A program made the position numbers and the translations under genes. DNA of 33,549 bases. Source: Fodinibius sp. Its GTDB lineage: Bacteria; Bacteroidota; Rhodothermia; Balneolales; Balneolaceae. Below the pieces are notes generated by a model that saw only the letters and a program-made list of their open reading frames with translations, was not told the origin of the DNA and ran no database searches. The DNA lies in the NCBI GenBank assembly GCA_041642355.1, contig JBEPWP010000001.1:1-33549 (forward strand), in the 5' to 3' direction. Shown piece after piece: positions 16,669 to 26,559 of this stretch (the first letter of the stretch is position 1; the number at the start of each line of letters is the position of its first letter).

Positions 16669-18078
16669 ATGTTTAATTATTCTGCTACCTATACCGATCA
16701 GTATCAGATAACGATGTCGCAGGTCTATTTTCAGAAAGGCCTACAGGATGAGACGGCTATTTTTGATTACTTCTTTCGAAAGCTTCCGTTTGACGGTGGT
16801 TATGCGATTTTTGCCGGACTCGAAGATCTTCTCGAGGTGATAGAAAATCTCCGGTTTGATGAGAAAGATCTGGAATTATTGGAAGATGAAGGGATGGATC
16901 AGGAGTTTTTGGATTACCTGGAAGACTTTCGTTTTACGGGCAATATATATACTTCCAGGGAGGGAGACCTTATTTTTCCCAATCGCCCGGTACTCAGTGT
17001 TGAAGGATCCATTATCGAGGCGCAGTTGCTTGAGACGCTTATTCTTAACACACTCAATTACCAGTCGTTAATTGCAACGAAAGCCAGCCGGATGAGGCTT
17101 GCCGTCGGTGATCGCCAACTGGTGGATTTCGGGTTGCGTAGAGCGCCCGGTGCGGGCGGTTATTCGGCCAGCCGTGCAGCAGTCATTGGTGGATTTGATG
17201 CAACCAGTAATGTACAAAGCGGACGTGATTATGATATTCCCGTATCTGGAACGATGGCGCACTCCTTTGTGCAGCGTTATGATGATGAAATAGATTCATT
17301 CCGAGACTTCGCTGAAATTCGTCCCGATGACTGCGTACTTCTGGTGGATACGTATGATACCTTGAAAAGTGGTATGCCCAATGCCATAAAAGTAGCAAAA
17401 GAGATGGAAGAGCGGGGTGATAAACTGAAGGGTATTCGCCTTGATAGCGGAGACCTTGCCTGGCTTGCTAAAGAGTCACGTCGAATGTTAGATGAAGCGG
17501 GGTTGGATTATGTGAAAATAGCCGCATCTAATCAGATTGATGAGCATGTCATAGAAAGTTTGCTCGATCAAAATGCGCCCATTGACCTATTTGGAGTGGG
17601 AACGAGCCTTGTTACCGGTCGACCTGATTCTGCCCTTGATGGTGTTTATAAGCTGTCTTATGCCAATGGCGAACCACGACTTAAATTATCAGAAACGGTC
17701 AGCAAAATTAATTTACCCGGAAAAAAGCAGGTATACAGGCTTTTGAATAAAGACGGTTCATTTTACGGTGGGGAAGTAGTGACCTTGTCAGACGAAACAA
17801 ATGTTGATATGATGTATCATTCAACTGATCCTAAAAAGTCCAGAGATTTAACTGAATTTCAAAAAGAGCCACTTTTGGAAAAAGTAATTGAAGATGGAGA
17901 GCGTGTAACTGAATCTCAATCAGTACAACAAATAGCGGAATTTAGTCGCAAGCAATTGGAAAGGTTGCCTACTGAATTCAAGCGATTTGAAAATCCCCAT
18001 ATCTACAAAATTGGACTTTCTGAAAAACTGAAAGATCAACGTGATACTTTGGTAAAGCATCACAAAGAAAAAGTTTAA
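16669..18078 (+). CDS. pncB: Nicotinate phosphoribosyltransferase
   Basis: YTDQYQITM, DFGLRRA, SGTMAHSF, LLVDTYD, GIRLDSGDL, FGVGT, LDGVYKL. Confidence 0.95.
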   Translation: MFNYSATYTDQYQITMSQVYFQKGLQDETAIFDYFFRKLPFDGGYAIFAGLEDLLEVIENLRFDEKDLELLEDEGMDQEFLDYLEDFRFTGNIYTSREGDLIFPNRPVLSVEGSIIEAQLLETLILNTLNYQSLIATKASRMRLAVGDRQLVDFGLRRAPGAGGYSASRAAVIGGFDATSNVQSGRDYDIPVSGTMAHSFVQRYDDEIDSFRDFAEIRPDDCVLLVDTYDTLKSGMPNAIKVAKEMEERGDKLKGIRLDSGDLAWLAKESRRMLDEAGLDYVKIAASNQIDEHVIESLLDQNAPIDLFGVGTSLVTGRPDSALDGVYKLSYANGEPRLKLSETVSKINLPGKKQVYRLLNKDGSFYGGEVVTLSDETNVDMMYHSTDPKKSRDLTEFQKEPLLEKVIEDGERVTESQSVQQIAEFSRKQLERLPTEFKRFENPHIYKIGLSEKLKDQRDTLVKHHKEKV

Positions 18079-18153
18079 ACCAATTACTGCTTCGGGTTAA
18101 TTGGGTTCATTCCGAGTACTGAATATCAAAACAAAGAAAACTCTTTTTCGGAT

Positions 18154-18543
18154 TTAGCGGAAGTTCTTAAGACCTGTAAGTCCTGCATAAATAATTAGCC
18201 AGATAACTGTTCGGAAAGACATCGCTGTCAAGCTTTCAAAGGCAATAGATACTTCCAGCCAGTAGACCACTAAAATCAGGAAAAGCATTATCAGGTTGAG
18301 TAAGAATATTACTTTAGCTGCCTTAATGCCTGTGTGTAGGTTTTGCCATATTAGGTATCCAGAAGCGATGTAAGCAAATCCCATCACGGTATTAAAGATC
18401 AGCAAGGGCAAAAAGATAACGTAGCCGGGATCGGAGAATCCCAGGAGCGTCATTCCGCCTACCCAAATTGTGATTAAACCAAAAAGAGAGGCGATGACTG
18501 CATTTGCATATTGAATAAATGTAGCAAGAGTTTTTTTGTTCAT
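18154..18543 (-). CDS. 4-TM hypothetical membrane protein
   Basis: Four hydrophobic segments; FNTVMGFAY and AM.FRT motifs. Confidence 0.65.
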   Translation of the reverse strand: MNKKTLATFIQYANAVIASLFGLITIWVGGMTLLGFSDPGYVIFLPLLIFNTVMGFAYIASGYLIWQNLHTGIKAAKVIFLLNLIMLFLILVVYWLEVSIAFESLTAMSFRTVIWLIIYAGLTGLKNFR

Positions 18544-18582
18544 TTTATTGTAGATGTTATCTAGCTATTTATAATAATTAAT

Positions 18583-18614
18583 AAAAAAGGGGGATACCTA
18601 CAAAGTATCCCCTT
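18583..18614 (-). terminator. Intrinsic terminator after the TonB-dependent receptor
   Basis: GGGGATAC-N7-GTATCCCC with a U-run on the minus strand. Confidence 0.75.
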
Positions 18615-18633
18615 GAATATAATTGGCCGGCTT

Positions 18634-20913
18634 TTACAATGATGACAAGATGCCATTCCATTTCAATTCTACAAAAAGGCTTCGGCCGGGATCATTGAGG
18701 GGCATGGTTGATCCCTGCAGACTTCTGTTCAGGTGCTCGTGATAGGTCACGTCAAACAGGTTATTAACTCCTGCAGAAAGTTGAATGCCACGTCCCAGTT
18801 GAGAGCTCAGTTTGAAGTTTGTAAGCAGATATCCGTCCGTTGGTTGCTCGTCAAAGGATTCGGCCACTCGAGTTTGTTCCGCTACGCCGCGCAGATGCAG
18901 TTGAGGAATGAGCTTACCACTCATGAAGCTGTAATCCAGCTTAAAATTCGCTTCATAAGCTGGAATCTGTGGCAGGTCTTCTTCCGCTGTTAAATTACGG
19001 CCGACGGTATAGGCTGTGGATAAGTTGTAGCCCAGCTTATTGCGCCCGTTATTTTGGAAGGTTAGCTCAAAGCCGTACAGGGCTGCTTCGTCTACATTGA
19101 TAAATTGCTTAACACCCGGTGCTCCCATCTGTTTTGGATCCAGGTCGGGACGAACCGTTGCGCTGATATAATCAGTCACATAGCTGTAAAACAGCGATCC
19201 TTCTATACTGATGACTTCGTTGGTGTAGTTGAGCATTGCATCCACCTGGTGGTTGGCCTCGGCGTTCAGTTGCGGATTTCCTACGTACTCATAGGGATCC
19301 ATACCGATGGCCAGGTAGTTGACAAATAGCTCATCCATGCCCGGGTATCGCTCTGATCGTCCGATCCAGAAACCGGTTGTCCAGTTGGAATGCAGGTCTT
19401 TGGTAAAGCCCGCGCTGGCACTCCATCCGAGGTGTTCCTGATCAAGTTCGCCAAGCGTTTGGGCAAAATAAGCGTCGGGATCGCTGGCATTGGAGTAGTA
19501 GTAATCGAATCGGGAAGAAAGTACTACATTCCATTCGCTGATGTTTGGCTGATATTCTACAACGCCGCCAAAACGATTGCGTTTGCCGCCCTGCCAGACG
19601 TTGTCGGTAGCCGTTTGTCCGGCCATGGGATCCATTTTGAAATCGCGGGTCCGGAACCCTTCCATATAGCGCAGCGTAGCATCCGTGCCAAATGTCCAAC
19701 TACCTGCTGTACCCGGGAGCACATAAGAAAGATCATAACCGTAAGTTTCGGTTGACAGGTCGGTAACGGCTTCGGTCATATTTGACATCTCTCGATCCAA
19801 ATTATCCATTACGTGTGCTACATAAGAACCAAAAACTGAGCTCTCAAAACGTCCATTGCCAAGATCAGTATTGGTGTAAGTAAGCGTAGCATTGGTGATG
19901 TCATCTTCTCGCATATCCATCATTAGCGCCGGATATTGGACATCACGCGCAAAATTTTGGCTCAGTTTGGCCTTGATGGAATTTGCATCATTTAGCTGAA
20001 CCGAGGTCTCAACCGTATATTCGGCATTCGACATCCCGGCGTTGACGCTATTCCCGGAACCATCCTCATAATTTTCGGTAGATGCAAAAGCCCCATAGAG
20101 ATTGGTCGTCCAGCGACCACCTTCTTTTTTAATGCCACCGGCATAGCGCTGGCGGTCGATGTTGCTTTCATATCCCACCGTAAAATAGCTGGAAAGAACG
20201 GGATCGCGATAGAAATCTGGCTGCTGTGATTTAAAGTTGATGACGCCGCCAAAGGAAGGTCCGTGTTTGAGGGCATAGGGGCCTTTCAGGATTTCGACCT
20301 CTTCGATATGCTCCATTTGAACATGTGAGGTAGGCGGATCCATACGGTTGGGACAGGCCCCCTGCGATTGCAGTACGCCGTCCATTTCGACCATTAATTG
20401 ATTTTTCTGAAACCCGCGCAGTACCGGATCAACGCCGAAGCCACCGCCTTTGCGAATGCCCGAAATATTGGGCGAATCTTTGAGAAATTGTCCCGCATCG
20501 TGCGAAAGATTGACGGTTGATATTGCATCCATAAACTGGTCCGGTTGGTTCGAAGTTTTGCGTGCCAGTATGGTAACCGGACTCATCGCTTCCGTCGACT
20601 TCCGCAAATAGATGGTTGAACTTCCACCTGCAAAATCTTCTGTTGTAAGTTCAATTGTTTTGCTTTTATAGCCTACATAGGTGATGCGCAGGGTCAAAAC
20701 GCTGACATCTGCTGTGAACCTAAATTCCCCGTTGGCATTAGTGATCGTGGTAAGATCACCATCGGTCCACTGCACATGGGCACCAGCCAGTGGCTTGTTG
20801 TTTGATTCATCTAAAATTTTTCCGGAAATAGTATTTTGTGCCCAAGAAGAACTTGAGAGGGCAAAAAGGAGTAATAGTCCTATCGTTAAAGAAATTAGTT
20901 TTTGTAAACGCAT
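18634..20913 (-). CDS. TonB-dependent receptor, OprC/NosA-like copper importer, with N-terminal carboxypeptidase-regulatory-like domain
   Basis: Plug DPVLRG...GACPNRMDPP (CxxxM), IEEVEILKGP, HVMDN (HxM), Met-rich YPALMMDM; C-terminal NNLFD..Y.EHL...PGRS. Confidence 0.85.
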   Translation of the reverse strand: MRLQKLISLTIGLLLLFALSSSSWAQNTISGKILDESNNKPLAGAHVQWTDGDLTTITNANGEFRFTADVSVLTLRITYVGYKSKTIELTTEDFAGGSSTIYLRKSTEAMSPVTILARKTSNQPDQFMDAISTVNLSHDAGQFLKDSPNISGIRKGGGFGVDPVLRGFQKNQLMVEMDGVLQSQGACPNRMDPPTSHVQMEHIEEVEILKGPYALKHGPSFGGVINFKSQQPDFYRDPVLSSYFTVGYESNIDRQRYAGGIKKEGGRWTTNLYGAFASTENYEDGSGNSVNAGMSNAEYTVETSVQLNDANSIKAKLSQNFARDVQYPALMMDMREDDITNATLTYTNTDLGNGRFESSVFGSYVAHVMDNLDREMSNMTEAVTDLSTETYGYDLSYVLPGTAGSWTFGTDATLRYMEGFRTRDFKMDPMAGQTATDNVWQGGKRNRFGGVVEYQPNISEWNVVLSSRFDYYYSNASDPDAYFAQTLGELDQEHLGWSASAGFTKDLHSNWTTGFWIGRSERYPGMDELFVNYLAIGMDPYEYVGNPQLNAEANHQVDAMLNYTNEVISIEGSLFYSYVTDYISATVRPDLDPKQMGAPGVKQFINVDEAALYGFELTFQNNGRNKLGYNLSTAYTVGRNLTAEEDLPQIPAYEANFKLDYSFMSGKLIPQLHLRGVAEQTRVAESFDEQPTDGYLLTNFKLSSQLGRGIQLSAGVNNLFDVTYHEHLNRSLQGSTMPLNDPGRSLFVELKWNGILSSL

Positions 20914-21031
20914 AATTCTGATATAGTCTCGTTGTCTGCATCACAAAAGAGATATAGCTATAGCAATAGTGTTATCGTACTGTGATACAGATTGATTATG
21001 GAATTTGATTAAGAGATCAGGTGATTATGCG
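20909..21031 (-). promoter_or_regulatory. Long mRNA stem-loop sequestering the receptor start codon
   Basis: CGCATAAT (20909-16) pairs with ATTATGCG (21024-31); CTGAT (20918-22) with ATCAG (21016-20); TCTGCATCACA (20935-45) with TGTGATACAGA (20981-91). Confidence 0.65.
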
Positions 21032-21444
21032 CGTAGGCGGGGCGGATGAAAAATATCATCCGTAAAAATAAATAGAGGATGCTGTTCTAGACTCAGAAAA
21101 ATAGAAGTTGGAGAAAAGGTAATACCGTCAAAAGCCGAAACCAGTGGGGCTTTTATTTGGAACGGAGCATGCGTACCTATGGGCTCACTTCCAGGATGAT
21201 CACATCCGCAAAGCTTTATGCCGTTGGAATCGTCGTCTGATGTATTGTGGTTACAACTGCAAGCTTTTTCCCCGTCCAGCGAACAGGAGTCACCGCAATC
21301 ACCATTCATGCTGCAAGCCATAACTTTTCCACCGTGATGGGTGTTCACCTGTTGCATTACCAATGGCGACACACTTTGGAGCATAGAAGCGCCAAAGAAA
21401 AATAACAGCACCACTGACGATATGTGTTTCAGCTTGTTAAGCAC
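21025..21444 (-). CDS. Cys/His-rich exported leader protein ending in IFHPPRLRA (DUF2946/CruR/CutF-like)
   Basis: N-terminal hydrophobic segment, HH, 7 Cys (C-x5-C-x3-C, CSC, CGC), C-terminal Pro-Pro motif; directly upstream of the Cu receptor. Confidence 0.72.
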   Translation of the reverse strand: MLNKLKHISSVVLLFFFGASMLQSVSPLVMQQVNTHHGGKVMACSMNGDCGDSCSLDGEKACSCNHNTSDDDSNGIKLCGCDHPGSEPIGTHAPFQIKAPLVSAFDGITFSPTSIFLSLEQHPLFIFTDDIFHPPRLRA

Positions 21445-21456
21445 GCAATCCTTTTA

Positions 21457-21474
21457 AAAGAGTAATTTGTCTTA
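21457..21474 (-). promoter_or_regulatory. Palindromic operator-like site (copy 2)
   Basis: Minus strand TAAGACAAATTACTCTTT, 16/18 identical to 697-714, 12 bp upstream of the leader GTG. Confidence 0.6.
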
Positions 21475-21589
21475 AAATACAAAATATATCAACTTTTAAA
21501 AAGTGAAGTGGCAAACTTTCTCTTCAAAGAACTGTGAATTCCATTGCAGTATTTGATAATTTGCTTGATCAATAACGGATAAAATTTAG

Positions 21590-21611
21590 TATATTGTGAG
21601 TGAATATTCAC
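21590..21611 (+). promoter_or_regulatory. Putative -10 element plus TetR operator upstream of tetR
   Basis: TATATTGTGAGTGAATATTCAC; 21/22 identical to 27894-27915 (minus). Confidence 0.75.
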
Positions 21612-21638
21612 AATATTATTTAAAAATATTCCGATCCA

Positions 21639-22208
21639 TTGGCAGCTACAAAAAAACAGGCAATCCTAGAGACCGCATTGGAGCTTTTTGTATCCGACGG
21701 TATTGATGCAACCTCTATCCGTTCTATTGCGGAGGGGGCTGGTACAGCCGAAGGAAATATCTATAGGCATTTTAAGAGCAAAAATGATCTAGCTCGGACA
21801 ATCTTTTTAAACTGTGCTACTCAATTTCGTAATACATTAAAAGAGGCTGTAAAGAAGAACTCTAATCCCGAGCAACAAATTGAAATTCTTGTTCGAACTA
21901 TTTTTGATTTTTCTTTTGAGTATGAAAAAGAGTTTTCATATATCTTGATTGCCAATCATCGAGAGGAAATTATCACCAATGAAATGCTTTCGAAACCGCT
22001 TCCTAAAGATGTGTTTGTCGAAATATTACAATCGGGTAAAGAAAAGGGCATTTTTAAATTGCCGCACGAGCCTACTATAGCAGTAGCTTGGATTGTGGGC
22101 ATGGTGCAGCGAAGCATCATTTTCATCCGGCGGCAAATTACTTCTTTGGAGCGGAATAAAGTTATCGACGAGACGGTTCGTGCCTCTCTACGGATGTTGA
22201 AAGGGTGA
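21639..22208 (+). CDS. TetR/AcrR family regulator
   Basis: ILETALELF...G...TSIRSIA..AG.AEGNIYRHFKSK..L. Confidence 0.93.
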   Translation: MAATKKQAILETALELFVSDGIDATSIRSIAEGAGTAEGNIYRHFKSKNDLARTIFLNCATQFRNTLKEAVKKNSNPEQQIEILVRTIFDFSFEYEKEFSYILIANHREEIITNEMLSKPLPKDVFVEILQSGKEKGIFKLPHEPTIAVAWIVGMVQRSIIFIRRQITSLERNKVIDETVRASLRMLKG

Positions 22209-22244
22209 TTCAATAATTTTATCCCCCTTTGTAATTTTGAAATG

Positions 22245-22278
22245 AAAAAGTGCCACCAGCTGTCAACCGGAGGCACTT
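22245..22278. terminator. Hairpin terminator between convergent tetR and RND genes
   Basis: AAGTGCC...GGCACTT with a U-run on the minus strand. Confidence 0.6.
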
Positions 22279-22326
22279 AGGATTTATTGTTAGGGATGTA
22301 TGTTAGGAGATAAAAGTAGTTATGTT

Positions 22327-25300
22327 CTAACTTGGAGTACGAGTTTTAAGATTCAGTAGATTTGTGAGGTCATCAATCACCGTGTAAAAAACCGGTACGA
22401 CAACCATCGTTAGCAGACTCGAAGCCGTAAGTCCGCCAATAATGACGATGGCCATCGGTGAAAATCGTTCTGCTCCCAATGCCAGTTCCAAAGCCAATGG
22501 AAGCATGCCAATCACTGTTGAAAAGGTTGTCATCATGATGGGGCGAAATCGAACGGCAACCGATTTTTTGACGATCTCTTCACGACTTTCGCCTTCCATC
22601 TGGTGCAAAATAAAATCTATAAGGATTACCGAGTTGTTAACGGCAATACCAATCAGGAGTATAAAACCAATTAATACCGACATAGAGATTACTTTACCGG
22701 TAATGATTAAGCCAATGGCTGCTCCCACGGCAACAAGGGGAACCGCCATCATTACAGTAAATGGATGGATAAATGAGCGAAATTGGGCAACCATCAGCAG
22801 GTAGACTCCCACTAAGGCTGCCAACAGTGCAGACAACATCTGTGCTCGGGATTCCTGTAGATCAGAATTTTCACCGGTTACCTGTAAGTCATATCCTTTT
22901 GGGACCTCCATCTTAGAAATAGAAGATTCTATATCCGCGATAACATGGCTGAAAGCTCGATCGTGGGTAAAGCCCAACACATCAGCCGTTCTTATAAGGT
23001 TCTCCCGTGTGATTAGATTAGGAGCTAGTTGGACATCAGTTTTTGCAACGGAGGATAGCGGCAAGCCAGGCTTTAGTTTTGTCTGTAGTACATCATCGAG
23101 AACTTGCCGCTGTGTTGAATCATAGCGAACGACAATGTTGGGATCCGTCCCATCAGAAGCATCCAGACGAGTTACGGGCAGTCCATCGACAGCAGCAAAC
23201 GTTTCCTGGGCAATATATCCCGGAGTCAAGCCATAAAAAGCGGTATTCATCCGATCCACGGTAAATTGTACTTCGGGACGTTCGAGTGTCCATTGGCGGT
23301 AGATATTAACAGCTCCTTCTACCTTTCGTGCTCGGTCGGCGACTGTTTTAGCCAGTGTATTAAGTTGATTCAGATCGGGTCCTGAAATTCGTACATCGAT
23401 AGGAGCGGCGGTTGTGCTTTTTGCGGTGCCGCCCATGGCTTTGAGCACGGCCGTGCGGATGCCCGGAATGCGGTTAATTTTTTTACGAAGCTGATCTTGT
23501 ATATCCCAGATTGAACGGTCACGCTCTTTTCGAGAAACAAGATCAACAGTAATAAATGCCTGCTGCACGCCCATGGCACCAGCATCTCCAAAGAATTTGG
23601 CCTCGGGTTCAAAACCTATTTGGGAGGTATAGTTGATAACATCAGAGTCCTCATTAAGTAGATCTTCGATGTCACTGACAATTGATTTTGTTTGTTCAAA
23701 TGAACTGCCGGCTTCTGCTTCCATCGAGATAAAGAAAGAACCAGAATCCAGTTTGGGCAGGACTTCCATCCCACGCATAGCCAAGAGGGCCATACTTCCG
23801 ATAAAAATAATTAACGTTCCGGTAAGTAAGATAGCACGGTGTTTTAGTGACCAGTCAAGAAGCACTAAATATCCGTCCTTTAGTTTATCCATTCCTCTAT
23901 TAAAAGGAGCTATATATTTTTTTATCGATGATCCTATTTCGGATTCGTGTCGTTCAAATAAATAAAAGAGGAGCGGAATGAGAGTTACGGCCATCAGGAT
24001 GGAAGCCCCAAAGGCGAAAATCATAGTAAGTGACAGTGGTCCAAAAACCTTGCCCACAAATCCCGTAAGAAATTGAAAGGGTATGAGTACGATAATGGTT
24101 GTGGCAACGCCCACAAGTACTGCAAAGAAAACTTCTCCGGTACCTTTTATAGCAGCTTCTTTGGCAGAAAGATTTTCTTCGTCGTAATGACGGCTGATAT
24201 TTTCAATAACAACGACGGCCCCGTCAACGACCATACCAACTGCTAAAATGATGGCAGAAAGGGTTACCAAGTCCAGCTCCATGCCATTCAGTTTCATGAG
24301 GGCAAATGCAAGTAAAAAGCTCATGGGCATGGCAATACTGACAATAAAAGCGCGACGGATGCTTTCCAGAAAACCGAAAATAATCAGGGAGGCCAGGAAA
24401 AGTGCAAGGGCGATTGAGGTGGCCATATTTCCGGTTACCTGTTCAGTAAAGGATCCCTCTTCGGTAGCTACTTCAAATTTTAGATCAGGATATTCTTGCT
24501 GAAGCGTTGGTATTTCAGCAGTTACGCCATCAACAACCTCTACCGTGTTGGCATCATCTTGCTGTAAAACCTGCAGGGCGACCACCTCGGTTCCATTTGC
24601 CAGGAAGGCACTTTTGGGGTCAGCAGTTCCATCTTCGACTTCTGCTATATCTCCAATAAGCAGTCGCTGATTGTTCTCATTTTTTATGGGGATATTTTTA
24701 ATTTCCTCAACGGTTGTCAAAGACTCGTCAAAACGAAGCAGTACTTCACGACGACTGTTATCAATGCTGCCCAGCGGTCTTGATATATTGGCTGTTTGTA
24801 TAGCCTGACTGATAGAAGAAAGCGTCAAATTAACTGCTTCCATACGATTTCGATCGATGGAAATATTGATCTGCCGCCGATATCCGCCAAAAATATCTAC
24901 CGAAGCCACACCGCGTAATCGCTGCAGGGTGGGCGCAATTTCATTATCAGCGATTTGACGCACCTTTTTGAGGTTGCCGTCATGGGCACTGACACCGATC
25001 GTTACTACGGGTTTATCGCTGGAATTTATTTTTAGGATACGGGGTTCGCTGATCGATTCAGGCAGGCTTCCCTTAATGCGGCTCACGGCATTTTGTACAT
25101 CTACAGCTGCCAGATCTACGCTCACATCGTAATGAAATTCGGCTGTAACTACCGAAAGCCCATCCTGAGATTTGGAACTAACCTTTGCTATACCATCAAG
25201 AGCAGCGACCTCCTCTTCCATATCTTCCGAAACTTTTTCCGCAACATCCAACGCCGTTGCACCGGGATATTGTGTGAGAATAGTAACGACCGGGGGAGAG

Positions 25301-25419
25301 GTTTCCGGGAAAAGCGAAATAGGTAGCGAGAGGTACGATTGCGTGCCAAACACCAGGATCGCAAGCATCAGCGCATAGATAGTGTACCTGTTTTTTATTG
25401 AAAATCCTGCCCAGTTCAT
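22327..25419 (-). CDS. RND efflux permease (AcrB/AcrD/AcrF family)
   Basis: 1030 aa; GMVVDGAVVVIENI, RFRPIMMTT, PMAIVIIGGL. Confidence 0.93.
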   Translation of the reverse strand: MNWAGFSIKNRYTIYALMLAILVFGTQSYLSLPISLFPETSPPVVTILTQYPGATALDVAEKVSEDMEEEVAALDGIAKVSSKSQDGLSVVTAEFHYDVSVDLAAVDVQNAVSRIKGSLPESISEPRILKINSSDKPVVTIGVSAHDGNLKKVRQIADNEIAPTLQRLRGVASVDIFGGYRRQINISIDRNRMEAVNLTLSSISQAIQTANISRPLGSIDNSRREVLLRFDESLTTVEEIKNIPIKNENNQRLLIGDIAEVEDGTADPKSAFLANGTEVVALQVLQQDDANTVEVVDGVTAEIPTLQQEYPDLKFEVATEEGSFTEQVTGNMATSIALALFLASLIIFGFLESIRRAFIVSIAMPMSFLLAFALMKLNGMELDLVTLSAIILAVGMVVDGAVVVIENISRHYDEENLSAKEAAIKGTGEVFFAVLVGVATTIIVLIPFQFLTGFVGKVFGPLSLTMIFAFGASILMAVTLIPLLFYLFERHESEIGSSIKKYIAPFNRGMDKLKDGYLVLLDWSLKHRAILLTGTLIIFIGSMALLAMRGMEVLPKLDSGSFFISMEAEAGSSFEQTKSIVSDIEDLLNEDSDVINYTSQIGFEPEAKFFGDAGAMGVQQAFITVDLVSRKERDRSIWDIQDQLRKKINRIPGIRTAVLKAMGGTAKSTTAAPIDVRISGPDLNQLNTLAKTVADRARKVEGAVNIYRQWTLERPEVQFTVDRMNTAFYGLTPGYIAQETFAAVDGLPVTRLDASDGTDPNIVVRYDSTQRQVLDDVLQTKLKPGLPLSSVAKTDVQLAPNLITRENLIRTADVLGFTHDRAFSHVIADIESSISKMEVPKGYDLQVTGENSDLQESRAQMLSALLAALVGVYLLMVAQFRSFIHPFTVMMAVPLVAVGAAIGLIITGKVISMSVLIGFILLIGIAVNNSVILIDFILHQMEGESREEIVKKSVAVRFRPIMMTTFSTVIGMLPLALELALGAERFSPMAIVIIGGLTASSLLTMVVVPVFYTVIDDLTNLLNLKTRTPS

Positions 25420-25440
25420 AAAATTGGTAATCTTAGATAA

Positions 25441-26559
25441 TTAGTTATTCAATGTTATTTCGCGGGTAACTTCCACACGATCACCGGGTTCAACATTATG
25501 TACGCCGGAACTGATGATGGTATCTTCTGGTGAGATATTTCCTTTGACTTGTCGAAGCTTATCGCGTTGAATCCCCAGTTCTACTGTGATGGCTTGGGCC
25601 TGCATTTGATTATTAACTTTGAACAAGCGCGGTTGGTCGTTTCTTAAATCAATTGCTGAGACGGGGACCAAGAAGGCATTTTCTTGTTGGTTTATTTCAA
25701 ACGATAAGGTAATACCAGAGCCTGAGGGACGATCATTAAAAGATCCGTCAGGAAATGAGGTAAAAACACGAACACTTCGGAAAGGAGGTTTAGCCTGAGC
25801 GTCAACTCGTTCTACCTTGCCCGTTAGTGTGTCATTGTTGAGTTGAGCCGTCACAGAACTGCCCACTTTGATTCCTTTTTGTATATCCTGTTCCAAAAGA
25901 TCTGCATAAACAGTCGGTTCGCCCTGATGAAAAAAGAAAACAGGTTGATTGGGACCGATATTACTGCCTTCCCGGATCATAATTGATCCGATAGTTCCTT
26001 TTGCAGGAGCATAAAGCCGGGTTTGCTTTTCGCGTTCTCTAACTTCTTCAAGAGCGGCCTTGGCCGCATAAAAACTGCTTAACGCCTGTTCATAGTTGAA
26101 GGCGGTCTTATTGAATACAGTTTGAGAAATAGCTCCATCTTTATAAAGGGTACTGTCAATGGAAACTTCCCGTTCCCAGAATGATTTTGAAGATTTAGCT
26201 TTGTTAAATTCACTTTGTGAACGATTTATTTGAGCATCCAGTTCCGGTACAGATACTGTTGCCAAAAGTTGGTTTTCTTGCACCTTTTCACCTTCCTGAA
26301 CGTGTATTTGGTTAAGTGTGCCACCGATGCGAAAAGAAAGATTGCCGTCTTTTGTGCCGGCAATTGTCCCCAAATAAGGAAGGTAATCTGAAATAGATTT
26401 AACAATCGGCTGGGTGATTTCAACTGCTACATCAGCATTATTATTAGACGTGGATTCTTGACTTGTTGATGTGCCATCAGCACTTATCCACAGTACCACA
26501 GCAGTACCCAGCAAAGCTATTGCAAAGACGATTAATATATCCTTCTTGCTTATATTCAT
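25441..26559 (-). CDS. RND periplasmic adaptor (membrane fusion protein)
   Basis: LSFRIGGTL..I.VQEG..V...QLLA, hairpin, YAPAKGTI, VPVSAI. Confidence 0.9.
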   Translation of the reverse strand: MNISKKDILIVFAIALLGTAVVLWISADGTSTSQESTSNNNADVAVEITQPIVKSISDYLPYLGTIAGTKDGNLSFRIGGTLNQIHVQEGEKVQENQLLATVSVPELDAQINRSQSEFNKAKSSKSFWEREVSIDSTLYKDGAISQTVFNKTAFNYEQALSSFYAAKAALEEVREREKQTRLYAPAKGTIGSIMIREGSNIGPNQPVFFFHQGEPTVYADLLEQDIQKGIKVGSSVTAQLNNDTLTGKVERVDAQAKPPFRSVRVFTSFPDGSFNDRPSGSGITLSFEINQQENAFLVPVSAIDLRNDQPRLFKVNNQMQAQAITVELGIQRDKLRQVKGNISPEDTIISSGVHNVEPGDRVEVTREITLNN

